From an uncultured Planctomycetota bacterium (GTDB lineage Bacteria > Planctomycetota > Planctomycetia > Isosphaerales > Isosphaeraceae): a stretch of DNA of 64,000 nt. The translations under genes were made by a program, and so were the position numbers. The stretch is from contig CAWJTV010000005.1 of the NCBI GenBank assembly GCA_963845755.1, positions 352,001 to 416,000 on the forward strand. The letters run 5' to 3'. Numbering within the stretch: the first letter of the stretch is position 1; the number at the start of each line of letters is the position of its first letter. The notes under the pieces were generated by a model. The model saw nothing but the letters and a program-made list of their open reading frames with translations, was not told the origin of the DNA and searched no databases. Below are positions 53,877 to 63,094 of the stretch, in pieces.

Positions 53877-54325
53877 GACAAGTATGCCTCAATCCTTGTG
53901 TGCGCAGTCCTTGCATTGGGGAAGGCCCGTTCCCGCGGGCCAGCTAGTCAAGCAAGCCACGATATTGATCGGCCGAGAATTGTCGGAAAATCACCAGCCG
54001 GCGGGGGTATTCTTGCCGGCGGCATGTTGGGGTCCTGACAATCGGCCAAACCCCGGCTCTAGACTCTTCGAAGGATTTCGCCGGTAAAGTGTAACCAGCA
54101 ACTGCCGCGTTTTCGAGCAAATTCAATGGTGCCCAGATGATTCCAATGTGAGCCATCGGAGAAATCGATAGCTTCGATTCCTCAGGCACAACAAGACCAG
54201 GACATCCAGGCCAGGCTCGCCCCCGAGTTCTGCTCCCCTCGATCGCCACGTCCAGTTGACGTGCCCCGATCGTGCGCAATCCACCGTGGGCGGTACGAGG
54301 AGCATCGGGTTGGGCGGATCCCTCG

Positions 54326-54775
54326 TCAGGGTTTAGACGTTCTCGGAATCTCGTCGGCTTCCGACACGGGAATGGTCAGTTCATCGATGACCTTCGTGAC
54401 GCCCACAGTCTCAGCGGCCAGTGTCACGGCCTTGGTCTTCGCGGCCTTGCTCGGCACCGCACCCCGCAGCGTCACGACCCCGTCTTCGACCTTCAATGTC
54501 AGGGTGCTGGAGTGGAGCGCCTTGTCCCAGTGGAGTCGCCCGTACACACGCGAAATGACTCCCATGCTGTGGACCGAATCGCGTGTCTTGTGAAATCCCT
54601 CGCGAACGGCGTCCTCGGCCTTCTCTAGACCCCTCCTGATCTTTCGGCCGACCTCGTCGAGTTTCTCCCCGGCACGTGCGGCAGCTCCGTCCTGCTGGGC
54701 ACCGGCCATCCCGACCCAGGTTGCCAGCCCGAGTGCAAGCGACGCCACAACAGCGATCCCATAAACTCTTCGCAT
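54326..54775 (-). CDS. Secreted BON-domain protein
   Basis: Signal peptide; RVYGRLHWDKAL..VEDGVVTLRGAV..AAETVGVTKVIDEL. Confidence 0.9.
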   Translation of the reverse strand: MRRVYGIAVVASLALGLATWVGMAGAQQDGAAARAGEKLDEVGRKIRRGLEKAEDAVREGFHKTRDSVHSMGVISRVYGRLHWDKALHSSTLTLKVEDGVVTLRGAVPSKAAKTKAVTLAAETVGVTKVIDELTIPVSEADEIPRTSKP

Positions 54776-55302
54776 GGCACCAAATCCTCCGTTCTTGGTC
54801 CCGGATGCCAATCTCCCCATCCAGATCTTCTCCCAGTCTACCCACTGCAGAAGCCGAATCCGAGCCCCAAACGCGCGATGCTACTGTACTTGTGAATTCA
54901 CTCAGGCAATGATTCTCGCTGACTGTCTTTATAACGACACTCACTGCAAATTCGGGTCCAAGTAGATCCTGACCACCTATCTCCCCGACCAAGCCTATCA
55001 GACAGAATGTCTGAGAGCCTCACGATGACACAGTCTTGTTGGGATGTTCCGTGCGATTCATGCCTCCGCGTTCGATTTGCGATCGTGGACCTGGGAGCAT
55101 CAGCACGATTCTGAACAGACGTTTAGAATGTGATGCATTCGAGATTTGTTGCTTGGATGCACTAGGCGCTGCTGCCCAGGATCTGTTATTTTTTAATGCA
55201 GTGATCCAAGGACGTGTAGAGGGAACCCACGGGGTTCGAACGTCTGATGTCGCCGGCTGCGGCGTCTACACGACCATCGCATCAGCCATCCAGGAGAACT
55301 CC

Positions 55303-55614
55303 ATGTTACCATCCGTCAGTCCGACGCCCGATGGCCGGCCAACCGAGACCTCTGAAGTGAGGCCGGCGCGGACTTCCCATCAGAAGGGCGGCTACACCGA
55401 TCACGCAACTCGCCGAATCACCGTACATCTTCGGCCCGATGACGAACGGAACCTGGAAAACATCCGCCATGCGCTCTCGCCGCTGATGCCAGTCGCCGTA
55501 TCGGACGCCGACGCAGTCCGGTACGCGATTCAACAGACGGCCGATCGTCTGACGGGCCGGTTACACATTGCCCGCACCGACCGAGACAAAGAGCCACTCG
55601 ACATCCAGGGATGA
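55303..55614 (+). CDS. Small putative ribbon-helix-helix DNA-binding protein
   Basis: CAGGAG RBS; RRITVHLRPDDERNLENIR..SDADAVRYAIQQ fits a strand-helix-helix pattern. Confidence 0.55.
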   Translation: MLPSVSPTPDGRPTETSEVRPARTSHQKGGYTDHATRRITVHLRPDDERNLENIRHALSPLMPVAVSDADAVRYAIQQTADRLTGRLHIARTDRDKEPLDIQG

Positions 55615-55858
55615 CGGACTACCACGGAGCCACCCGGCCGTTGACACGCAGCCTCTGGGCCAACCGGCCTGTCCCTAATGATGATCCGCCTACGGGCCGC
55701 CTTGGAATCGTACCTCCGGTCGCTCGAGGCGAGCGTGGCGGATGGACGCCCGTACGCTCGTCGGCGGGAACGGGAGCGACTCCCTGGCACGGGGCCGCGT
55801 CATGAGAGAGAATATCCCGGTCGTCTCGATCAGGATTGAACCGACCGGGAGTCCCAGC

Positions 55859-57307
55859 ATGATGAAGCGGTTGCCTCTCTTGATTCTCGTCGCCGAATGC
55901 CTTCTTGTCCCGATGGCGATGGCGGCAGACAACACTGCGCCCCAGGGTTTTGTCTCCCTCTTCAACGGCAGAGACCTGGCCGGATGGAAGGCGCCCGATG
56001 GCGATCATGGTCACTGGAAGGTCGTCGAGGGCGCGATTGACTACGACGCCCAGAGCGAGGCGACGGGCGAGAAGTCATTGTGGAGCGATCACGAGTATCG
56101 CGACTTCGTCTTGCAAGTCGATTGGCGAATCAAGGAAGCGCCATATATCAATAGAAATGTTGCCTACATCCTGCCGGATGGCACACACGCCAAGGACATC
56201 CGGGGCAAGGAAATGCGGTTGGCGTTGCCGGACGCGGATTCCGGCGTCTTCCTCCGAGGAGATGGGTGGTTTCAGGCCAACATCTGGTGCTGGCCCATCG
56301 GGTCGGGGGAGATGTACAGCGTTCGAATGGACCCCAAGACGCCTCCCGACGTTCGAGCCGCCGTCACCCCGCGAACTCGGGCCGACAAGCCGGTCGGTGA
56401 GTGGAACCATTTCGAGATCACGGTCAAGGGCAAGACCGTCAAGATAACGCTGAACGGAATCACCGTCATCCCCGGTGCCACGATTCCTGATCTTCCTCCC
56501 CATGGGCGCCTCGCTCTGCAACACCACGGAGGAAAGAGCAAAGCCGGCGACTGGACCGGACCGCCCAGCCTTGTCCAGTTCAAGAACATTTATATCAAAG
56601 AACTTCCCACTGCCGACGCGTCCGTTGGGCCGATCGACCGCGACCGTTCCGGGCCCGGGTCCGACGGGGTTCGCGGCCTGTTGATCACCGGCGGTCACGA
56701 ACACGAGACCTCGTTCTACTCGCTCTTTGACGGGTACCACGATCTGGCCCGTTTGCCCGTGATGGGCAGCGACTCGGCGTTTCAGAACGATTTGCGAAGC
56801 AAGTACGACGTTCTGATCCTCTACGACTTCTCCCGCGATTTGAATGAGACCGGCAAGAAGAACCTGCGCGATTTCGTTGCGAGTGGAAAAGGGATCGTCG
56901 TCCTGCATCACGCGCTGCTCGACTACCCGGATTGGTCCTGGTGGTCGGACGACGTGGTCGGCGGTCGTTATCGCCTGAAGCGGGAGGGAAAGATCCCCTC
57001 TTCCACCGTCAAGAACGACCAGCCGATCGATGTCACACCCGGCGCAGAACACCCGATCACAGCCGGGATCGGTTCCTTTCACGTGGTCAACGAGACGTAC
57101 AAGGGGATGTATCTCTCGCCCCGAATCCGGCCCCTCCTGACCACTGACAATCCCAGTAGCGACCGTTTCGTGGCATGGATCGGTCCCTGTGCGACCTCGC
57201 GTGTGGTCGCCATTCAGTTGGGCCACGGACCTTCGATCTTCGCCCATCCCTCTTACCGGGCACTGGTACACAAGGCCATCCTGTGGTCAGCGGGCCGAAT
57301 CCCTTGA
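55859..57307 (+). CDS. Secreted DUF1080 (3-keto-glycoside hydrolase-like) fused to a ThuA-like domain
   Basis: FVSLFNGRDLAGW, DSGVFLRG, GEWNHFEI, LQHHG, FKNIYIKEL; then LITGGHEH, GKGIVVLHH, QLGH. Confidence 0.88.
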   Translation: MMKRLPLLILVAECLLVPMAMAADNTAPQGFVSLFNGRDLAGWKAPDGDHGHWKVVEGAIDYDAQSEATGEKSLWSDHEYRDFVLQVDWRIKEAPYINRNVAYILPDGTHAKDIRGKEMRLALPDADSGVFLRGDGWFQANIWCWPIGSGEMYSVRMDPKTPPDVRAAVTPRTRADKPVGEWNHFEITVKGKTVKITLNGITVIPGATIPDLPPHGRLALQHHGGKSKAGDWTGPPSLVQFKNIYIKELPTADASVGPIDRDRSGPGSDGVRGLLITGGHEHETSFYSLFDGYHDLARLPVMGSDSAFQNDLRSKYDVLILYDFSRDLNETGKKNLRDFVASGKGIVVLHHALLDYPDWSWWSDDVVGGRYRLKREGKIPSSTVKNDQPIDVTPGAEHPITAGIGSFHVVNETYKGMYLSPRIRPLLTTDNPSSDRFVAWIGPCATSRVVAIQLGHGPSIFAHPSYRALVHKAILWSAGRIP

Positions 57308-57340
57308 CTCCATGAGTTCAACCCGAGCTGGGAGGCGATC

Positions 57341-58210
57341 GTGAGAGTATTCAAGTACATCCTGGTCGTGTCCGTGAGCCTAGTCATGGCGAACACGACC
57401 TTCGCGCAGGAAAAGCCGCGGCGCCTGCTGATCGTCGGCCAGAGCAAGGGCTATCAGCACGAGTCGATTTCCACGGCGATGGCCACTCTTTACCACCTGG
57501 GGCGGGCCACAGGCCGTTGGGATACCGTGTTCCGGACCGACTGCACCGCAATCACCAAGAAGCCCCTGAAGTGGGGGGCCAAGAATCTGGATGCCTTCGA
57601 CGCGGTTGTCTTCTTCACCGACGGCAACCTGGATATGGACGACTCACAGAAGGCCGACCTGGTGTCGTTCATCCGCGATGATGGCAAGGGGTTCATCGGC
57701 ATCCATAGCGCGGCCATCACGTTCCTCGCCTGGCCGGAATATGGCCGGATGCTCGGTGGCTACTTCGATGGCCACCCCTGGGGCGAGTTCGATGCACCGC
57801 TGATCGTGGAGGATCCTCGGTTCCCCGGCATGGCACACTTGCCCGGGACATTTACTCTCAAGGACGAGATTTATCAGATCAAGGATTTCTCGCGAGATCA
57901 CGTCCGTGTACTGATGCGCCTCGATGCCAGCAAGATCGACCTGTCCCGACGAGGAGTGCATCGCAAGGATGAGGACTTCGCGGTGATCTGGGCGCGAAAC
58001 TACGGCAAGGGCCGAGTCCTCTACAACGGACTGGGACATAGCCGCGAGGTTTGGGAACGATCCGATATCCAGAAGATGTGGGTCGAGATGGTGGAGTGGT
58101 CCATGGGCATCATCGCGGGAGACGCCACGCCGAGACCTGCACCAGCGAGGTCGCAGTCGCAGGCTTCCACACCGGCCCAGGTGGAACGGATCAATAAAGC
58201 TCGTCCCTGA
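57341..58210 (+). CDS. Secreted ThuA-domain protein
   Basis: SKGYQHESI, GKGFIGIHSA, GGYFDGHPW, DEIY, YGKGRVLYNGLGH. Confidence 0.88.
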   Translation: MRVFKYILVVSVSLVMANTTFAQEKPRRLLIVGQSKGYQHESISTAMATLYHLGRATGRWDTVFRTDCTAITKKPLKWGAKNLDAFDAVVFFTDGNLDMDDSQKADLVSFIRDDGKGFIGIHSAAITFLAWPEYGRMLGGYFDGHPWGEFDAPLIVEDPRFPGMAHLPGTFTLKDEIYQIKDFSRDHVRVLMRLDASKIDLSRRGVHRKDEDFAVIWARNYGKGRVLYNGLGHSREVWERSDIQKMWVEMVEWSMGIIAGDATPRPAPARSQSQASTPAQVERINKARP

Positions 58211-58502
58211 GCAGGAAGGCCAGTGGACGAACTCGGACATGACTCGTCGGGAACTCGAGGCGGTCGAACGTAGCACGATCCTCTGCGATTCTGCCGAAAC
58301 CGGGATTATGTCGAATGGCTCGGATTGGCGGCTGAACCGCGGTGCTCCGGCCATGCGGTGTTCGCCATAAGCCTGATGGATTATGGCATCAGCCTGGACA
58401 TCCGACAGTAGTTCAGGTTGAGTTCCCGCTCCCGACCTCATTGCGGACCACCCCGCGTCATGTTTCGTAAAGCAGGTCTTTGTCCAGGGGAAGATACTTC
58501 GG

Positions 58503-59304
58503 ATGGTTCAGTTCGGAATCGATCGCAGTTTTGGCCGCAGAGCATTCGGATCCGATCCCGCGAGCTACCATTCTGTTCGACCGCAGTATCCGGACTGGGT
58601 TTATACGACATTGGTCGAACGATGCGGTCTAGCCGACGGAAAGACTCTGTTCGAAATTGGGCCAGGGACCGGAACCGCCACCGGCCGACTGCTTGACCTT
58701 GGTGCGAGACCTTTAATCGCCATCGAACCAGACCCGAGCCTGTCTGCATACCTTCGCAAGAATAACTGGGACGCAGGCGCTCCAGGTGATGGTTTCGACC
58801 TTCGAGGAAGCGGCGCTGGACGAATCGGCCTTCGACCTCGGTTTCTGCGCCACGGCCTTTCATTGGCTTGAGGAAGATTCTGCCCTCGCGAAAGATGCAC
58901 GCCTTCTTCGGTCCGGGGGCTGGTGGGCGATGGTCTGGAACGTGTTCGGCGACAGCAGACGTCCAGATCCGTTTCACGAGGCGACAAAGCTGCTCCTTGC
59001 TGGGCCACGCGGGCCTTCAGCCGGGATTCATGGCATCCCATTCGCATTGGACTGCACGGCGCGTGTCGAGGCGCTCAGGCGAACCGGCGCCTTTGATCTC
59101 ATCGAGCATCGAAGCCACGCCTGGATGCTGGAGCTCGATGCCGACCAGACGGTGGCCCTGTACGCGACGTTCTCAGAGATCAACGCTCGCCAAGATCGGC
59201 AGACGGTTCTCACCGAATTGAGGCGCATTGCCCACGATGAATTCCAGGATCGCGTCACTCGAAATATGACGACTAGCCTTTATATCGCGCGGCGTTGTGC
59301 ATAA
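58503..59304 (+). CDS. Class I SAM-dependent methyltransferase; frameshift near 58775
   Basis: YHSVRPQYP, FEIGPGTGTAT, AIEPD, then STFEE..FDLGFCATAFHW..LRSGG. Confidence 0.85.
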
Positions 59305-59394
59305 TTACAAATCTGGATGCTAAAATTCCATCCATTGAGGAAACTCAAGTCGAGACGTTTCCCATACCGCGCGGCAGCCTTGGCTTCCCAACGA

Positions 59395-59628
59395 CCCGGT
59401 TCTTCCGCCTGGCTCGCGGGTTGCGGCGTCAAAGGAGTGCAGGCATATGGAGCGACTGACGACTTCGGTTATGAGGCCGTCGAGAACCCGGTGCACGTCG
59501 ATGATTTGCACGCCGCCATCCTGCACCTGATGGGATTCGATCATACCCTCTTGACGTTCTTCCACGGCGGTCGGAAGATGCGACTCACCGAACTTCACGG
59601 CCGAGTTGTACGGGACCTCCTGGCCTGA
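59395..59628 (+). pseudogene. C-terminal remnant of a DUF1501 gene
   Basis: WLAGCGVKG..YGATDDFGY..VHVDDLHAAILHLMGFDHTLLTF..GRKMRLT..GRVVRDLLA; only ~90 bp separate it from the upstream gene. Confidence 0.75.
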
Positions 59629-59660
59629 TCCGGCGGATCAACAAAATAAGGTTTGAAATT

Positions 59661-60704
59661 GTGATCATCTCCCACAATCGGCTCGAACAAATCGTCAACG
59701 ATGTCTTTGCCGCGGCGGGATCCGGACCGGCGGAGCACCGGCGAATCGCGCACTACCTCGTCGAATCCAACCTCGTCGGGCACGACTCGCACGGCGTGAT
59801 TCGGGTTCCAACCTACATTGAGTGGCTACGCACGGGGAAGGTCCTGGCGAACCAGTCGCTCGAGACCGTGTTCGAGAACGAGACAATCCTTGTGGCGGAC
59901 GGCCGGTTCGGCTTCGGCCAGGTGATGGGTGAGGAGGCGATGCGACTGGGCATCAACAAAGTCGGGCGTCAAGGCGTGGCCGTGGTGGCACTACGGAACT
60001 CGGGCCACCTGGGCCGGATCGGCGACTGGGCTGAGATGGCAGCTAGGGCCGACAAGGTCTCGCTACACTTCGTCAATACGAGCGGCGGAGGGATTCTCGT
60101 CGCCCCGTTCGGGGGAACGCAGCGCCGGCTGTCGGCCAATCCGATCGCGGCGGGTATCCCCGTTCCGAATGGGGCTCCGATCATCGTAGACATCTCGACG
60201 TGCACAATCGCGGAGGGGAAGATCAAGGTGGCCTTCAATAAAGGAGCGACCGTCCCCGAAGGCTGCATCCTCGACGGCCAGGGGCAGCCAACCAACGATC
60301 CCAAGTCATTTTATGCGTCTCCCCCGGGCGCGATTCTTCCCTTCGGCGGTCACAAGGGCTTTGGCCTGAGCATCCTCGCCGAGGTGTTCGCCGGAGCTCT
60401 CACCGGCGGTGCGTGCAGCCACTTCGGCGTCGACCGTGTCTCCAACAACATGTTGAGCATCCTCCTCGACCCCGCCGTCTTCCCGACGTTCGATGGCTAT
60501 TCGAAGGAGCTTCTGGACTTCATCCATCATGTCAAGAATTCGAGAACCGTGACGCCCGACGGCGAGGTCCTCATGCCTGGTGAGCCCGAGACGCGCAGCC
60601 GTGCCCAGAGGCTACGCGACGGAATCGACCTCGACGACACCACCTGGGGACAGATCACGGCCACGGCTCGGTCGCTTGGTGTCGCGGTTGAGCCTACTTC
60701 ATAA
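59661..60704 (+). CDS. Ldh_2-family malate/lactate/hydroxyacid dehydrogenase (YbiC/HcxB-like)
   Basis: NLVGHDSHGV, DGRFGFGQ, HLGRIG, ANPIA, PFGGHKGFGL, MPGEPE. Confidence 0.92.
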   Translation: MIISHNRLEQIVNDVFAAAGSGPAEHRRIAHYLVESNLVGHDSHGVIRVPTYIEWLRTGKVLANQSLETVFENETILVADGRFGFGQVMGEEAMRLGINKVGRQGVAVVALRNSGHLGRIGDWAEMAARADKVSLHFVNTSGGGILVAPFGGTQRRLSANPIAAGIPVPNGAPIIVDISTCTIAEGKIKVAFNKGATVPEGCILDGQGQPTNDPKSFYASPPGAILPFGGHKGFGLSILAEVFAGALTGGACSHFGVDRVSNNMLSILLDPAVFPTFDGYSKELLDFIHHVKNSRTVTPDGEVLMPGEPETRSRAQRLRDGIDLDDTTWGQITATARSLGVAVEPTS

Positions 60705-60757
60705 TGGTTATCATATTTGTATACATAAATCTGTAAATCTATTTTATCGAGGGATTC

Positions 60758-61513
60758 ATGTCAGACGCTTTTGAAGATCGCGTGGCCCTGGTCACCGGCG
60801 GATCTCGCGGCATCGGCCGATCGACGGCGATACGACTGGCCCGCGAGGGTGCGGACGTGGCCATCAGCTTCGCTTCTCGATCACGCGAGGCTGAGCAAGT
60901 AGTCAACGAGATCATCTCCCTGGGTCGCAAGGCGATCTGCGTCCCCTGCAAGGTGGCGAAGCCCGACGAGGTGGCTCGCCTAGTCTCGCAAGTCCGAGAG
61001 CATCTGGGACCGATCGACCTGCTCGCCCATTGCGGAGCGATCAGCAACCTCTGCGACCATACTACACTGACCTACGATCTCTGGCTCGAGACGATCGACG
61101 TGAATCTCAACGGAGCGTTTCTGATCGTCTTCGCGGTCAAAGACGAGATGATCGCGCGCCAATTCGGTCGAATCGTGATGGTCTCGTCCGTTGCGGCGCT
61201 GAGGCCAAGAAAGATGCAGATCCATTATGCCTCGTCCAAGGCGGGTGTCATTGCCCTGACGCGCTGCTGTGGTGAGGCATTTGCGTTGCATAACGTCCGA
61301 ATCAACTGCGTGGCTCCCGGCCTGATCGAGACCGAGATGGCCCGAGTAGTCCCCGACGAGGCGATGCAGCGCATCGTGGCCGATACACCCATGCGCCGGA
61401 TCGGTCAGCCGGAGGAAATCGCATCCGTCATCCGCTTCCTTCTGAGCGAAGAATCCAGCTTCATGACCGGTGAAACCATCGCCGCTAGCGGAGGACGGGT
61501 GACGCTGCCTTGA
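60758..61513 (+). CDS. SDR-family oxidoreductase
   Basis: TGGSRGIG, YASSK, NCVAPGLIET, RIGQPEEIA. Confidence 0.93.
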   Translation: MSDAFEDRVALVTGGSRGIGRSTAIRLAREGADVAISFASRSREAEQVVNEIISLGRKAICVPCKVAKPDEVARLVSQVREHLGPIDLLAHCGAISNLCDHTTLTYDLWLETIDVNLNGAFLIVFAVKDEMIARQFGRIVMVSSVAALRPRKMQIHYASSKAGVIALTRCCGEAFALHNVRINCVAPGLIETEMARVVPDEAMQRIVADTPMRRIGQPEEIASVIRFLLSEESSFMTGETIAASGGRVTLP

Positions 61514-61878
61514 TTGTGGAAGTCGATCGAGCGTCCGGCGGCTCAGGACTCGGGTACGGCCAGTCCTTCTGGATCGAGTTCGTTCCGACGGATCCGAAGT
61601 CTCTTGCGGTCCTTACACGATGGAACATCAGACAGGGGTCCTTGTGTGGTCTACACCCCATTTCTGCTGGAGTTCATTCCAGGCACTAGCCGGTTGTGAA
61701 ACGTGAGGATGAGATCGACAGTGCATCCCGCCTGGGCGGCAAGGTCCGCGTCGATGCCGCAGATGGCAAGAACGAAGGAATCGAAGGTCAGCCCGCTGGA
61801 CGCTGCCGGACATTTGCTGGGTTTGCTCAGGAGCGGGACCGAGGATCCAGCACGGGCCACGATCGACGCGATCAGTCG

Positions 61879-62784
61879 TCATTTGGGAGTATCATCCTTC
61901 TTCGTTCGTTTGGAGATAAAGACGAGGAATCGACCATCCGACGATGGACAGGGTGAGGAAGCGTCTTCGAACTGGGAGAACAACTGGGCCGGAGGCTCAT
62001 CCGGCCTCGCCGCCGAGAGCTTTACCATGACGTCGTCTGCGATGAAGCCGTTTGCGACCACGGCCTTCCCGTCGGGCATCCAGTTCGCACGATACCATCC
62101 GATTCCCAGCCTCTTCGTTTCGTCCGTTTGCAGGTCCAACACGCGGATTTCGGGAGGATTGTCCCCTTCGCGGAAGCAACAGGCGATCTTCTTCCCATCG
62201 GGCGACCAGCTCGGACAATCCCCTTGAGCAATGCCCTTGTCGCCCTTCCCATCCGCATTGCAAATGAAGACGACAGCCCCCACCTTCGCACCCCCGCCGG
62301 CTAATCCGCCACGGGAAAAGGCAATTTGCTTGCCATCCGGGGACCACTCCGGCCAGCGTCCAGGCCGAAGCTTCTGCTCGCCGGTCCCGTCCGACTTGAT
62401 GACGTAGATGTCGGCCTCCTGGTTCGGCTCGTTCTCGCTGCCCCGGATAAAGAGGAGCCGTTTCCCATCCGGCGACCAGCGAGGCGTCGCCCCATTCGTC
62501 AGCTTCTTCAACCCCGTCCCGTCACGGCGGGTGATCCAGACCTCAGGGCGGCTATTATTATATCCCTCCTTGTAGGCATCGAAGGCGACCCAGAGGCCGT
62601 CGCGAGAGAAGCAGGGCGACCCGAGCTCGCTGTAGCCCGGCATCACGATCCAGTACCCCTTCTCGTCCGGATCCATCGGCTGGACCCGGATGGTGTGCGG
62701 TGTGATCGCCAGTTCCTGAGCACAAGTCATCCCGGTGGACAGCATGCTAATCAGGATGATGGGGAGACATCGAATTCGCGTCAT
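61879..62784 (-). CDS. Secreted TolB-like (PD40) beta-propeller protein
   Basis: Signal peptide; repeated PxWSPDGK units. Confidence 0.88.
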   Translation of the reverse strand: MTRIRCLPIILISMLSTGMTCAQELAITPHTIRVQPMDPDEKGYWIVMPGYSELGSPCFSRDGLWVAFDAYKEGYNNSRPEVWITRRDGTGLKKLTNGATPRWSPDGKRLLFIRGSENEPNQEADIYVIKSDGTGEQKLRPGRWPEWSPDGKQIAFSRGGLAGGGAKVGAVVFICNADGKGDKGIAQGDCPSWSPDGKKIACCFREGDNPPEIRVLDLQTDETKRLGIGWYRANWMPDGKAVVANGFIADDVMVKLSAARPDEPPAQLFSQFEDASSPCPSSDGRFLVFISKRTKKDDTPK

Positions 62785-63094
62785 GGAATAGGCTCCGAGT
62801 TCAAGAGAGAACCGTCGTCGTTTAGCCAGTCTCAAACATGCGAGATCCGGGGGCAGCGCGGGCAGGGACGTCCGGTGGCGCCGCCCTTTGCCTCGATTCT
62901 CGGTCGATCAGTGACCGCTTCGCATGCTCGACGATTTTCGCGATGGCTTCGGACTTCCGACTCTCCTGCCACCGTGCGTCGAGTTGCGTCCGGGGGTTCG
63001 TCAGGTTGAACGAGCCATTTTCATGGACGTATACTCCTGACCTGATCTATAGTGCGTGCAACGATCGTAACTAGCGAGTCGCCTGCGAAGTGCC

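Noticed and set aside
60694..60721. dif-like Xer site (CATAA-N6-TCATATT)
   Set aside because: The XerD arm matches only about 5 of 11 positions; more simply an AT-rich spacer.
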